From an uncultured Alphaproteobacteria bacterium (GTDB lineage: Bacteria > Pseudomonadota > Alphaproteobacteria > MPNO01 > UBA2964): a stretch of 64,000 nt of DNA. The notes beneath the pieces are model-generated. The model worked only from the letters and a program-made list of their open reading frames with translations, was not told where the DNA came from and did no database searches. The stretch's first letter is position 1; each line of letters opens with the position of its first letter. The stretch lies in assembly GCA_951812775.1 (NCBI GenBank), contig OX638326.1, positions 2,241,391 to 2,305,390 on the forward strand. The letters run 5' to 3'. Shown here piece by piece: positions 20,457 through 31,072 of the stretch. The position numbers were made by a program, and so were the translations under genes.

Positions 20457-21548
20457 ATGATAAAAACTTCAATTTCAGTTCTGGCAGCAGCAGGATTTGT
20501 TGCCACCACATTTGGGACGACGGCGCCAGCTGTTGCCCAGGACGTCGATTTCGCTGGCAAGCGAATTGAATGGGTCATTCCCTATGGTACGGGTGGTGGC
20601 TCAAACCGCTGGGCACGTTTCTATGTGCCATGGCTGCAGAAAGCATTACCGGGCAACCCAACCGTTGCGGTTAAAAACATGCCGGGCGCCAGCTCGACAA
20701 AGGGCACCAACTATTTCGCCCGCCGTGGCACCAAAGACGGTCTGTCGATTCTCGGCACCTCGGGATCTACGCAGTTCCCGTTCCTGCTCGGTGACCGCCG
20801 GGTGAAATACAATTACGCGGATTGGGAAGTCATTTTGGCCACACCTGTCGGCGGCGTTGTCTATGTGAACAAAAGCCTCGGCGTAAAATCCGCAGCCGAT
20901 ATGAAAAAGCTGCAGAAAGCCAAGCTGAAATTTGGTTCGCAGGGTCCGACGTCTCTTGATCTCGTTCCATTGCTCGCCTTTGACATTCTCGGTCTGAACG
21001 TCAAGCCGGTCTTTGGCATGAAAGGTCGTGGTCCATCCCGTTTAGCATTCGAACGTGGCGAAGTCCGGATTGACTATCAAACGACGCCGGCCTTCCTGAA
21101 ACGCGTCACACCTTTGGTCAAAAAGGGCATTGCTGTGCCGATCATGACCTGGGGAACGCTCGACGATGCCGGCAAGCTGGTACGTGATCCCACTTTCCCG
21201 AACCTGCCGCATGTAGGCGAAGTCTACAAAATGATGCACGGCAAGGCTCCTAAGGGTCCGGCCTGGACTGCCTGGAAAGCCTTCATGGCTGCTGGCTTCC
21301 CTGCTCAGAAGATGATCTTCGTTAAAAAAGGAACACCGAAGAACATCGTCGCCGCGTGGCGCGCAACTGCTGCAAAGGCTGTTGCAATGCCTGGCTTTGA
21401 AGCTGCCAAGAACAAAAAGCTCGGTAAGTATCCGCAAGCTGTTGGCAAGAAAGCCCAGGTCCTGAAGAAGGTCGCAACCAACGTACCACCCGCTGCCAAG
21501 AAGTGGGTCCTCGACTGGTTGAAGAGCCGTTACAACAAGGTACCGTAA
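20457..21548 (+). CDS. periplasmic solute-binding protein, putative TTT-system TctC/Bug-like partner of the downstream TctA
   Basis: Signal peptide (MIKTSISVLAAAGFVATTFG), Lys-rich C-terminal tail, sits immediately upstream of the TctA-like permease. Sequence similarity to canonical TctC is weak. Confidence 0.4.
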   Translation: MIKTSISVLAAAGFVATTFGTTAPAVAQDVDFAGKRIEWVIPYGTGGGSNRWARFYVPWLQKALPGNPTVAVKNMPGASSTKGTNYFARRGTKDGLSILGTSGSTQFPFLLGDRRVKYNYADWEVILATPVGGVVYVNKSLGVKSAADMKKLQKAKLKFGSQGPTSLDLVPLLAFDILGLNVKPVFGMKGRGPSRLAFERGEVRIDYQTTPAFLKRVTPLVKKGIAVPIMTWGTLDDAGKLVRDPTFPNLPHVGEVYKMMHGKAPKGPAWTAWKAFMAAGFPAQKMIFVKKGTPKNIVAAWRATAAKAVAMPGFEAAKNKKLGKYPQAVGKKAQVLKKVATNVPPAAKKWVLDWLKSRYNKVP

Positions 21549-21647
21549 CGCGTTAGACTGTTAGCGAATGAGGGGCGGAGAGAGACTTACCTTTCTCCGC
21601 CCTTTTTCGTACGCTGTATCTAGATTGGGAAATTTAGGGGCACCGGA

Positions 21648-23627
21648 ATGATTGAATCCATGATCTCCGCTTTTGCGGAAATAACCAGCGGCGCACATCT
21701 GTTGTACCTGCTTGGTGGCGTCATAATGGGGCTGGTCGTCGGCATCTTCCCCGGCCTCGGTGGGATCGTTGGTCTGTCCCTGCTGCTGCCCTTCCTCTAC
21801 GGCATGGACCCAACCTCCGCGCTGGCCATGCTGATCGGACTGGTCGCCATTATTCCGACATCCGATACCTTTACCTCTGTCCTCATGGGTATTCCGGGCT
21901 CGAGCGCCTCACAAGCGACAGTGCTCGACGGATTCCCTCTCGCCAAAAAAGGGGAAGCCGCGCGCGCTCTAGGCGCTGCCTTCTCAGCGTCACTCTATGG
22001 CGGTGTCATTGGCGCCATCGTGCTCACTTTCTTTATCGTTGTCGCCCGCCCCATCATTCTGCTTTTCACATCAGCTGAACTCTTCATGCTGACGATCCTC
22101 GGCCTGTCGATGGTAGGCGTGTTGGCTGGTAACTGTCTGTCAAAAGGTCTGCTCGCCTGCGGGCTGGGGCTGATGTTTGGCGCACTTGGCGGCGCTCCGG
22201 CGACCGGTGAATTCCGCATGTCATTTGATAGCGCCTATCTTGGCGATGGGTTGCCGCTGGTGGTCGTCGGTCTCGCCATGTTTGCAGTGCCGGAAATTAT
22301 TGATCTGTTACGTAGCGGCGGGGCGATCTCAAAGAGCGCCAGCCTGGGCTCCGGCTGGACGCGGGGTTTCAAGGATATGTGGGCCTATCGTTGGCTCTGC
22401 ACGCGCTGCGCCGGTATCGGCTGTATCATTGGCGCCCTGCCCGGCCTTGGCGGCAGCGTTGTCGACTGGATTGCCTATGGCCATGTCAAACAGGTCGCCA
22501 AGGATTCATCGCAATTCGGCAAGGGCGATATACGCGGCGTCCTCGCACCGGAATCTGCCAACAATGCTAAAGAGGGTGGTGGACTCATCCCCACCCTGCT
22601 CTTCGCCATTCCGGGTTCAGGCAGCATGGCCGTCTTCCTTGGCGGCATGGAACTGATTGGGCTGGAACCCGGCCCCAGCATGGTCGATGGCAAGCTCAAC
22701 CTGACCTATGTCATTATCTGGTCTCTCGCCCTGGCCAATGTTATTGGCGCCGGCTGCTGCCTGCTCATTTCACGCAATGTCGCACAGCTCACCACCATCA
22801 AATATGTCTATCTTGCCCCGTTCATGGTCATGGTCATCTGTTTTGCCGCTTTCCAGGCGACACGCGATCTCGGTGATCTCCTCGCTCTATTCGGGGTCGG
22901 ACTCATCGGCATTATGTTCAAACGGTTTGGCTGGCCACGCCCGGCCTTCCTGATTGGCTTTGTTTTAGCGGACAACTCCGAGACCTATCTGTATCAGGCG
23001 GTTCAGTTCTATGACTGGGGATTCCTGTTACGCCCGGGTGTCATCATCATTTTTGTCCTGACGCTTATCTCAATCTGGTTTGGCGCGCGCAACGCCCCGA
23101 CCGGCGAAGCAGAAATGGCGGAAGATAGCAAACCCAAACCAACCAACATGAAGCCACAAGCCTGGTTTGCAGGATTTGTTGTCTTCCTGTTCACCTGGGG
23201 CCTTATCGATGGCATCCAGCATTCCTTCCTGGGCGCGGTCTATCCCGTTGGGATATGTCTGGTCATGTTGCCGATTGCCATTCATTTATTTTACATCACC
23301 GCGAAGAACAAAACGCAGCACGCCGCCAATTATGACTATGAGGTCGAAGGCGACCATGCCGGACAGGAAGGCATCCCCAGTCTTGTCTACTACCTTACCT
23401 GGCTTGCCGGCTTTATCGCCGCCGTCATGCTGGTCGGGTTCTGGCTCGCCATCACCGGATTTTTCCTGATCTTCCTGCGGGTGCATTCCGATGCTTCCTG
23501 GACCCGAATTGTCACCATGACGACATGCGGTGTTGGCTTTATCACCGGGCTCTCCTGGATCATGGTCCTCAATTTTCCGGGCGGGCTGCTCCAGCATTAT
23601 TTCAAACTCCCCTGGCCATTGAGCTAA
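21648..23627 (+). CDS. tripartite tricarboxylate transporter permease TctA with a C-terminal TctB-like four-TM extension (putative TctA-TctB fusion)
   Basis: TctA/DUF112 landmarks (GLLPGLG-like, FGKGDIRGVLAPESANNA). 659 aa against about 500 for TctA. The last ~165 aa form four hydrophobic helices resembling TctB. Confidence 0.65.
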   Translation: MIESMISAFAEITSGAHLLYLLGGVIMGLVVGIFPGLGGIVGLSLLLPFLYGMDPTSALAMLIGLVAIIPTSDTFTSVLMGIPGSSASQATVLDGFPLAKKGEAARALGAAFSASLYGGVIGAIVLTFFIVVARPIILLFTSAELFMLTILGLSMVGVLAGNCLSKGLLACGLGLMFGALGGAPATGEFRMSFDSAYLGDGLPLVVVGLAMFAVPEIIDLLRSGGAISKSASLGSGWTRGFKDMWAYRWLCTRCAGIGCIIGALPGLGGSVVDWIAYGHVKQVAKDSSQFGKGDIRGVLAPESANNAKEGGGLIPTLLFAIPGSGSMAVFLGGMELIGLEPGPSMVDGKLNLTYVIIWSLALANVIGAGCCLLISRNVAQLTTIKYVYLAPFMVMVICFAAFQATRDLGDLLALFGVGLIGIMFKRFGWPRPAFLIGFVLADNSETYLYQAVQFYDWGFLLRPGVIIIFVLTLISIWFGARNAPTGEAEMAEDSKPKPTNMKPQAWFAGFVVFLFTWGLIDGIQHSFLGAVYPVGICLVMLPIAIHLFYITAKNKTQHAANYDYEVEGDHAGQEGIPSLVYYLTWLAGFIAAVMLVGFWLAITGFFLIFLRVHSDASWTRIVTMTTCGVGFITGLSWIMVLNFPGGLLQHYFKLPWPLS

Positions 23628-23650
23628 GGGCCAATTCGTAAAGAGAGTAC

Positions 23651-24688
23651 ATGACCAACAATAAGAAGATGCAGTTTGGGCTTGCCATTCGCGGGCAGTA
23701 TGCAGCCGATCAGAATATCGAGAAATGTTTTGAGGAGCTGATCGCCGAATGCAAAGCCGCCGAAGATCTTGGTTTTGATTCCATAACCAAGACGTCACAT
23801 TACAGCACCGCCCCCTTTCAGGCTTTTCAGCAACTCCCGATCCTTGCGCGCTTAAGCGCCGAGACAAATCGCGTGCGGCTCAACGCAGGAATCATTCTTC
23901 TTTCACTTCACAAACCCCTCGACATCGCCGAGCAACTGGCAACCATCGACATCATGTCCGGCGGACGGGTGATTTGCGGTATCGCGCTCGGCTACCGGGA
24001 CGTGGAGTTCGCCGCCTTTGGCAGTGAGGTCAAAAAACGTGGCAAACTGCTGGAAGAAAATCTCATTGCCTTGAAGCGTCTCTGGACTGAAGACAGCGTC
24101 ACAATGGAAGCCAGTCATTTCGAGCTTAAGGAAGCCTCCTGCTGCCCCAAACCGCTGCAACGTCCTCACCCGCCGATCTGGATTGGCGCGAATGCCAACC
24201 CGGCGATCAGGCGTGCGGCCCGGCTTGGCGATTGCTGGTACATCAATCCGCACAACAAGATCAGTGATATTGAAAAACAGATCAATGTCTATAAACGGGC
24301 ACTCGATGAATGCGGCAAACCCTTCCCCGATGAACTGCCCATGCGCCGTGAAGTATTTGTCGCAGAAACACGCGAAGAGGCGCTGCGGCTGGCGGGGCCC
24401 TATATCACAAAAAAATATGACGCCTATCAGAACTGGGGCCAGGGGAAACAACTTCCCGAAGGCGACCAGAATTTAGCGCTGGCTTTTGACGAGCTTGCTG
24501 GCGACCGGTTTATCATTGGCTCACCCGATGACGTCACCGAGCAGATCGTCAACCTCAACAAGACCGTCGGCATGAACCATCTGATAATGTCTGTGCAGTG
24601 GGCCGACATGCCCCATTCCCTGACCATGGACACCCTCGCCATCCTCGGCGAGAAGGTCTTCCCGCAAGTGCAGCAGGCGTTGGATTAA
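23651..24688 (+). CDS. LLM-class (luciferase-like) flavin-dependent oxidoreductase
   Basis: 345 aa, bacterial luciferase-like TIM-barrel sequence pattern. Confidence 0.65.
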   Translation: MTNNKKMQFGLAIRGQYAADQNIEKCFEELIAECKAAEDLGFDSITKTSHYSTAPFQAFQQLPILARLSAETNRVRLNAGIILLSLHKPLDIAEQLATIDIMSGGRVICGIALGYRDVEFAAFGSEVKKRGKLLEENLIALKRLWTEDSVTMEASHFELKEASCCPKPLQRPHPPIWIGANANPAIRRAARLGDCWYINPHNKISDIEKQINVYKRALDECGKPFPDELPMRREVFVAETREEALRLAGPYITKKYDAYQNWGQGKQLPEGDQNLALAFDELAGDRFIIGSPDDVTEQIVNLNKTVGMNHLIMSVQWADMPHSLTMDTLAILGEKVFPQVQQALD

Positions 24689-24760
24689 GATCTGATCTCA
24701 TCAACGAGAAAAAATTTCGACCAATATACGATACCGCTAACCTTCAAGCGCTCTGGCAAC

Positions 24761-25516
24761 TCAATTTGAAACCTTTTTCGCCACGTAATACCCGTAGCTG
24801 AAAAATGCTGAAAATCGTTCGTATAAACTAATTTCCTGTTTTTCGGCCGCAACGATTGCCTGTGCAGGTTCGGAATTATCATTGCGTGAAAGGAACTCGG
24901 TAAATCGCGCCTGCATCGGATGGTAATAGTTTTCCAGCCAACACCGTTTGGAAAGCGGAAAATACCCGATGGCCGAATAGCCATTTTTTTCGAGGATCGC
25001 CAATTTTTCCGACGCCAAAGCGACTTCAGAATATTCCTGCATCCAATATTGTTCGAGCTCCTTAGGACGCTCGTTCGTCAGCCAGGTTAGCTCTGACACA
25101 GCGAGAATACCGCCCGGCTTCAAAAAACGGCGCCATGCCTTAACACCATTCTCAAAGCCCATATTGTAGATCGCGCCTTCAGACCAAATCGCATCCAGCG
25201 ACTGCTCCTCAAAGGGCAACGTTTCCATGGATGCCTCCAATGTCGATACAGGCTCAGCGAGCCCCTTACTCTCCGCAGTGACCTTTAATCGTTCAAGAAA
25301 CGGCGGCAAAAAATCGACGGCTGTAACGTTCGCATCAAGTTCTTCTGCAAGAACGAGTGTCGACGCGCCTGTCCCACAGCCTATATCGGCAACTTTTAAA
25401 TCTTTCATGCCTTTAAGACCGGATAACAAAACAGAAAAACGTGTCTCGTCATTACCGCTTGGTCCCTGGCGGTCCGCTTCCAGATGTAGATCAATGAGTA
25501 GTTCGAGATCATCCAT
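24761..25516 (-). CDS. class I SAM-dependent methyltransferase
   Basis: VADIGCGTGASTLVLAEE motif I. Confidence 0.7.
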   Translation of the reverse strand: MDDLELLIDLHLEADRQGPSGNDETRFSVLLSGLKGMKDLKVADIGCGTGASTLVLAEELDANVTAVDFLPPFLERLKVTAESKGLAEPVSTLEASMETLPFEEQSLDAIWSEGAIYNMGFENGVKAWRRFLKPGGILAVSELTWLTNERPKELEQYWMQEYSEVALASEKLAILEKNGYSAIGYFPLSKRCWLENYYHPMQARFTEFLSRNDNSEPAQAIVAAEKQEISLYERFSAFFSYGYYVAKKVSN

Positions 25517-25550
25517 TTGGAAACGGGGTTATAAAAGGTGCCAACAGCGT

Positions 25551-26573
25551 TTAGCCACACTCCGCCACTATATCCCGACGGAGCATACGGCGGGCGGCGA
25601 TGCCGGGGGCATCGACGTTGATATCAACGAGCGCACGCTCCGGTTCGGCATCAAGCATTTTTTGCTGGGCTTCGAGGATGACGACGTCCTCATCGAAGGT
25701 CTGTGACACCATCTTGAAAAGATCGGCAGAGACTTTTTCATCGCCCAATGCAAAGTCGCGGGCGTGCCCGAAAAAATAAAAGGTCGATGTTTCGGTTTCG
25801 GGCGTTGGCGCGTTGAGACTCCGAATGTGCATGCCGCTATCAGGCTCGCCCTGTTCGGGATCGCAGCTGCCGGCATCACACGCGCCGGCGCGTATCTGCG
25901 TCAGACAGGGGGAAAAAGTCTCGACGATCTGCCAGCGGTCTACCGTGCCTGCGAAATTCCCCAACGCCTGAAACATCGGCGGGGCCGGTCGATCAATGAT
26001 CCAGCGGGTCATACGCACCAAATTGTCTTCGCGGTCGGTCTTGATCGGGAACTCGCTGATATCACCGGTGCCGAGCGTATTCAGATGCACATAGGCGAGA
26101 TGCGAGAGATCGAGCAAATTGTCGGTAATCAGCTCGTAATTACAGTCGAGCTTAAGATACTTGCCTTTGACGAGTTCCCATTCCGGATGATCAAACCACC
26201 ACCAGTCGGGGATCAGGCTTTCATCAGCAAGCGCCGGGTCGCCCATCCAGATCCACAGCCATTTCCAGCGCTCGACCAGCGGATAGGACTTTACTGCGGC
26301 GCATGGCGGTATCTTGTCCTGCCCCGGGATTTTCACGCAGGCACCGGACTGATCAAATTCCAGACCGTGATAGCCACATTGCAGGCAATCACCGACAACT
26401 TTTCCCATAGAGAGCGGCAATGCGCGATGACAGCACCGGTCTTCCAGTGCCACTGCTGTGCCATCCTGCTGGCGATACAGGACCACCGGTTCACACAGTA
26501 ACGTCCGGGCCAGCGGCTCCTAGGTTACCTCATGATCCCACGCCGCGACATACCAGCAATTTTTGCGAAACAT
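25551..26573 (-). pseudogene. Rieske [2Fe-2S] non-heme iron oxygenase alpha subunit (VanA-like) with an in-frame TAG at 26520..26522
   Basis: Rieske motif CCHRALPLS...CGYHG. The typical N-terminus MFRKNCWYVAAWDHEVT precedes an amber codon that is in frame with EPLARTLLCEPVVLYRQ... . Confidence 0.6.
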
Positions 26574-26708
26574 TCCGTCCAACTTTTTTTATCGTCATCC
26601 CCGGACTTGATCCGGGGATCCGTATTTCAACCACCCCAAAATTGCATGAAGCTGGATTGCCGGGTCAAGCCCGGCAATGACAATTTAGAGAAGACTCCAC
26701 TTCTTTCT

Positions 26709-27476
26709 TTAATACCCGACAATTACTTCGCCTGAGTTCGGGCTGATGACCTGCCCCGTGATCATTTCGGTTTCCTCCGACACCAGCCATGCCACAGCAT
26801 AGGAAATATCCTGAGGGGTTGTCAGTCGCCCAAGCGGCATGCCGGCTCCCCGCTCCTCGATCATTTCAGGCGTGTTACTGCCCTGCGTCATGCCGGTGAG
26901 GATAAATCCGGGGGCCACCGCGTTGACGCGAATTTTGTGAGAGGCAAATTCCCGTGCCCACGCTTTGGTAAAGCCCGAAAGGGCCGCTTTGGCGGCGGCA
27001 TAGTGCGATGCAAAATCACTGCCACCCATCGCGTAGATCGACGAAATCATGATTATACTGCCATGTTTTCTGGCCTTCATGCCGGGCAAAACAGCCTGGG
27101 TGGCAAAAAATGCCCCGCGCACCTGAATACCGAACATCTGATCAAAGATGGCCTCATCGATCTCTTCCATCGCGAGCTTATTGCCGGTAACCCCGGCATT
27201 GTTCACCAGAATATCGATCTTGCCATGCTCGGCTTCGGCCTCTTTGATTTTCGCCGTGAAATCCGGAACATTGCAGACATCAGCAATGAGCACGGAGGCT
27301 TTCTGGCCGTTGGCGCGGATCATTTCGGCAGTTTCGTTCGCGCCATCTTCATTGATGTCATGAACGATGACATCGGCGCCCCGTTCGGACATCAGTACAG
27401 CATGGCTCCGCCCCATGCCTCCAGCCCTGCCAGAACCGGTGACCAACGCCGTCTTGCCTTCTAAAGTTACCGCCAT
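26709..27476 (-). CDS. SDR-family oxidoreductase
   Basis: TALVTGSGRAGGMG Rossmann motif. GGGAGG ribosome-binding site precedes the ATG at 27476. Confidence 0.75.
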   Translation of the reverse strand: MAVTLEGKTALVTGSGRAGGMGRSHAVLMSERGADVIVHDINEDGANETAEMIRANGQKASVLIADVCNVPDFTAKIKEAEAEHGKIDILVNNAGVTGNKLAMEEIDEAIFDQMFGIQVRGAFFATQAVLPGMKARKHGSIIMISSIYAMGGSDFASHYAAAKAALSGFTKAWAREFASHKIRVNAVAPGFILTGMTQGSNTPEMIEERGAGMPLGRLTTPQDISYAVAWLVSEETEMITGQVISPNSGEVIVGY

Positions 27477-27582
27477 CTCTTTGCCTCCCATGCGTTCTCT
27501 TGTAATGTGCCCGCGGATTTTAAACGCGAATGCCATTCAAAGAAATGGCAGCCGCCCGAAAAGAATTTTCAGGGAGTAGAAA

Positions 27583-28962
27583 ATGGCAGTGCAACCCGCA
27601 CCCGGCATAGGCCAATATGACGTAAAGAACCCCAAGCTGCGCAGTTTTCATGACCAACGCGAGAAGTTTCTGTCCGGTGACGACACACCGCGTGATTATC
27701 TGGAACGCTGCATTGCGGTCGTTGAGGAATGCAATGACGAGGTAAAAGCCTGGGCCTTCCAGAACTTTGATCGCGCCCGCGACATGGCGGATGCCTCAAC
27801 CAAACGTTATGCCGATGGCAAACCACTTTCTCTGGTCGACGGCATGCCAATTGGCATCAAAGACCTGATTGAAACCTGCGACATGCCGACGGAATATAAC
27901 TGCGAGCTGTTCCAGGGGAACCAGCCGATCCGGGATGCGGCCTCGGTCTATTTCCTGCGTCAGGGCGGTGCCGTACTGATGGGTAAAACGGTTACGGTTA
28001 CCCTCGGTGGCGGCGATCCATCGATGTCTCGCAATCCTTATGATACGCAGCGCACGCCCGGCGGCTCTTCCAGCGGCACTTGTGCTGCGGTCGGCGCCGG
28101 CATGATGCCGGGCGGCCTCGGCACCCATGCCCGTGGTTCCACCATCCGTCCCGCCAGCTTCTGCGGCAATTATGGTCTCAAGGCAACATTTGGTGCGCTG
28201 AACCGCCAGGGCGGGTTCTCGGCTGCCGAGACCATGGACCATCTCGGCATTCTCGCCGGATCAATCGAAGATATGTGGATCATGGCCCGCTATATTTCAG
28301 AAACCGCTGGGGGCGATCCTGGTCACCCGGGCCTCTATGGCAGCCGCACGCCCCCGCCGGCAAAAAAACCTGCACGGTTGATCGTTCTGGAAACCGCAGG
28401 TTGGGACGCAACGGACGATGCCAGCAAAGCCGCTTTCAATGAAGCCATTGGCAAACTCTCCGATGCAGGGTGTGAAATCTATACCCGGAAAGACGACCCG
28501 GCGATCGAAGCCTATGAGGCAGAAACCGCCCAGTCCCCGGAATTGTGGCGCCAGCTTTACCGCTTTGAGATGCGCTGGCCCATGTACCAGTATCTCGATT
28601 ATGACGCGGACAAAATTCCGCCGCGCCTTAAGGCCGGTATCCAGGAAGGTGCCGGGCTGACACAAGCCGAATATCGAGCCGCCCTCGCCCGTCGGGTCTA
28701 TTGGCGCGAGATGCATGATGCTCTGGCACGGCGTTGTGATGCGATGGTCACCCTGGCCTCACCGGGCCCCGGCCCTGTTGGCATTGATCAAGGCAGCGCG
28801 ATTTATAACGAAGCCTCTTCGATCATCGGCATGCCCGCGATCTCCCTGCCTGTCATGACAGTGGAAGACATGCCGCTCGGCATGCAGATCAAAGGCCGGG
28901 TTCATGGTGATGAAGCCCTTACCGCGGCGGGTCGCTGGATCAGTCAGGAACTGCTGCAGTAG
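27583..28962 (+). CDS. amidase (amidase-signature family)
   Basis: GGSSSGTCAAVGAG motif. 459 aa. Confidence 0.8.
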   Translation: MAVQPAPGIGQYDVKNPKLRSFHDQREKFLSGDDTPRDYLERCIAVVEECNDEVKAWAFQNFDRARDMADASTKRYADGKPLSLVDGMPIGIKDLIETCDMPTEYNCELFQGNQPIRDAASVYFLRQGGAVLMGKTVTVTLGGGDPSMSRNPYDTQRTPGGSSSGTCAAVGAGMMPGGLGTHARGSTIRPASFCGNYGLKATFGALNRQGGFSAAETMDHLGILAGSIEDMWIMARYISETAGGDPGHPGLYGSRTPPPAKKPARLIVLETAGWDATDDASKAAFNEAIGKLSDAGCEIYTRKDDPAIEAYEAETAQSPELWRQLYRFEMRWPMYQYLDYDADKIPPRLKAGIQEGAGLTQAEYRAALARRVYWREMHDALARRCDAMVTLASPGPGPVGIDQGSAIYNEASSIIGMPAISLPVMTVEDMPLGMQIKGRVHGDEALTAAGRWISQELLQ

Positions 28963-29001
28963 GTTTATCCACCATCTTTTTTCTCGAAAGGGGAAACCGC
29001 A

Positions 29002-31071
29002 TTGGCGAAATACAGACTGGGAGTCGATGTCGGCGGGACGCATACCGATCTGGTCCTTGCCGATGCCGAAACCGATGAGATACTGATTGAAAAAGTGCAT
29101 TCGACACTGGCGAACCCATCGCTGGCGGTGCTCGACGGGGTGCAACGGTTTTTTATGCGCGGTGTCGCCGCCACTGACATTGATTTCTTCAGTCACGGAA
29201 CGACCGTAACCACCAACGCTTTGCTGGAAATGAAGGGTGCCACCATCGGCATGCTCATCACCAAAGGGTTCCGGGCCATTCAGGTTGTGCAAAGCCAGGC
29301 GCGCGAAAGCAATCAGTTCGAGCTGAAATTCCAGCGTCCCGAAATGCTGGCAACGCAGCAAATGACCAACGAAATTATCGGCCGGATCGACTATGCCGGA
29401 AATGAGGTCGAACCGCTGAATGAAGACGATGTTCGAGAGGCCGCCCGAACGTTGCAGGAAAAGGGCGCGACATCTTTTGCGGTCTGCTACATGTTTTCAT
29501 TTATGAACCCCACCCACGAGCAACGCACGGCTGAGATTATTCGCGACGAAGTGCCCGGCGCCTATGTCTCTCTGTCATCTGATGTGCTGCCACGAATTCG
29601 CGAATGGCCACGCATGTCGACCACAATGCTCAACGCCTATTTAGAGCCCGGCCTCGCGCGCTATGCCAGCGATCTCGATAATGGTCTCGACACCGCTGGC
29701 GTTGAAACAGCGCGCCGATTCCTGATGCAATCCAATGGCGGTGTAATGCCACTCGGTGCAACAGCTGGTGGCGGCCGCACGGTACAAACATTGCTGTCCG
29801 GTCCTGCTGCCGGCGTTCAGGCGACAGGCTATGTTCTCGGCGAGCGCCAAGGCTGGGATCAGGTCGTCACCATGGATATGGGCGGTACCAGCTGCGATAT
29901 CGCCTTTATCCAGGACAGCAAACCGCTGGAGGTTACCGAAGGCACGATTGCTGAACGGGGTCTGGATGTTCCGGCTTTCGATATCAGTACCATCTCCGCC
30001 GGGGGCGGTACAATTGCCCGGCTAACCGCCGTCAACTTTATGAGTGTCGGACCGGATAGTGCCGGTGCTGACCCCGGGCCGGTTTGTTATGGCAATGGCG
30101 GCGATCGCCCCACCGTCACCGATGCGGATTTGATTTGCGGCTTCCTCAATCCGGGACATCTGCTTGGCGGTGAAACAACATTGGATCGTGATGGTGCGCT
30201 AGCTGTTGTAAAGAAAACGATTGCCGATGCGATGGGACTTTCCGCAGAAGAGGCCGCTGCCGGGATCATACGGTTGATCAATGCGCGGATGGCCGATGAG
30301 ATACGTGTTCAGGCAGCGAAAAAGGTCATTGATCTGGCCGCCTTTACGCTCGTGCCGTTTGGTGGTGCCGGCCCCGTTCACGCGGCCATGGTCGCCGATG
30401 AGCTCAGCATCCCGCGTATTCTGGTGCCCCCCAACCCCGGCGCGTTCTCGGCGCTTGGATTGCTGTGTTCAGACATAGTTCATGACTATATTCGCTCTGA
30501 TATTTGCGAGATCAATCAGCTCGGGCCGGATCGGGCGGAAACGTATTTCGTCGAACTTGAAGAACAAGCCGCGGCCGATCTCGCCGAGGAAGGTCTCGTT
30601 GATCATGAGCGCCACTTCATCCGCGACCTCGATTTGCGCTATGCCGGGCAGGGCTATGAAATCCGAACGCCGCTGGACGGGCTAAGCGCTAGCCCAATGA
30701 CATCAGAAGGCCTTACTCAGATACAAGAACGTTTCCACGAGCTGCACCAAACCCTGCACGGCCACTCTGCCCGCGATCAAGAAATTGAGGTCGTAAGCTA
30801 TCGGGTACGCGTTCGGGTACGCGTACCTAAACAGGATTTGCCTGAAATTGAGATACCCAGTGGAACAACGGAACCAGTTGGCGAGCGTCAGGTTACTTTT
30901 GACGGCAAAGAGAACTATTTGGCGCCGATTTACACGCGTGGCACGTTGAAATCTTCAGCTATCGAAGGCCCTGCGATCATCGAACAGTTTGATTCGACGA
31001 CGGTGTTGCCGCCAGGTTGGACCGCGACACTCGACAGGTTTGGAAATATTGTCGGGGAAAGGAGCGCCTGA
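29002..31071 (+). CDS. hydantoinase/oxoprolinase family protein, A subunit (HyuA-like)
   Basis: 689 aa. Hydantoinase_A N-terminal and central regions. Paired with a B-subunit gene. Confidence 0.8.
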   Translation: MAKYRLGVDVGGTHTDLVLADAETDEILIEKVHSTLANPSLAVLDGVQRFFMRGVAATDIDFFSHGTTVTTNALLEMKGATIGMLITKGFRAIQVVQSQARESNQFELKFQRPEMLATQQMTNEIIGRIDYAGNEVEPLNEDDVREAARTLQEKGATSFAVCYMFSFMNPTHEQRTAEIIRDEVPGAYVSLSSDVLPRIREWPRMSTTMLNAYLEPGLARYASDLDNGLDTAGVETARRFLMQSNGGVMPLGATAGGGRTVQTLLSGPAAGVQATGYVLGERQGWDQVVTMDMGGTSCDIAFIQDSKPLEVTEGTIAERGLDVPAFDISTISAGGGTIARLTAVNFMSVGPDSAGADPGPVCYGNGGDRPTVTDADLICGFLNPGHLLGGETTLDRDGALAVVKKTIADAMGLSAEEAAAGIIRLINARMADEIRVQAAKKVIDLAAFTLVPFGGAGPVHAAMVADELSIPRILVPPNPGAFSALGLLCSDIVHDYIRSDICEINQLGPDRAETYFVELEEQAAADLAEEGLVDHERHFIRDLDLRYAGQGYEIRTPLDGLSASPMTSEGLTQIQERFHELHQTLHGHSARDQEIEVVSYRVRVRVRVPKQDLPEIEIPSGTTEPVGERQVTFDGKENYLAPIYTRGTLKSSAIEGPAIIEQFDSTTVLPPGWTATLDRFGNIVGERSA

Positions 31072-31072
31072 T

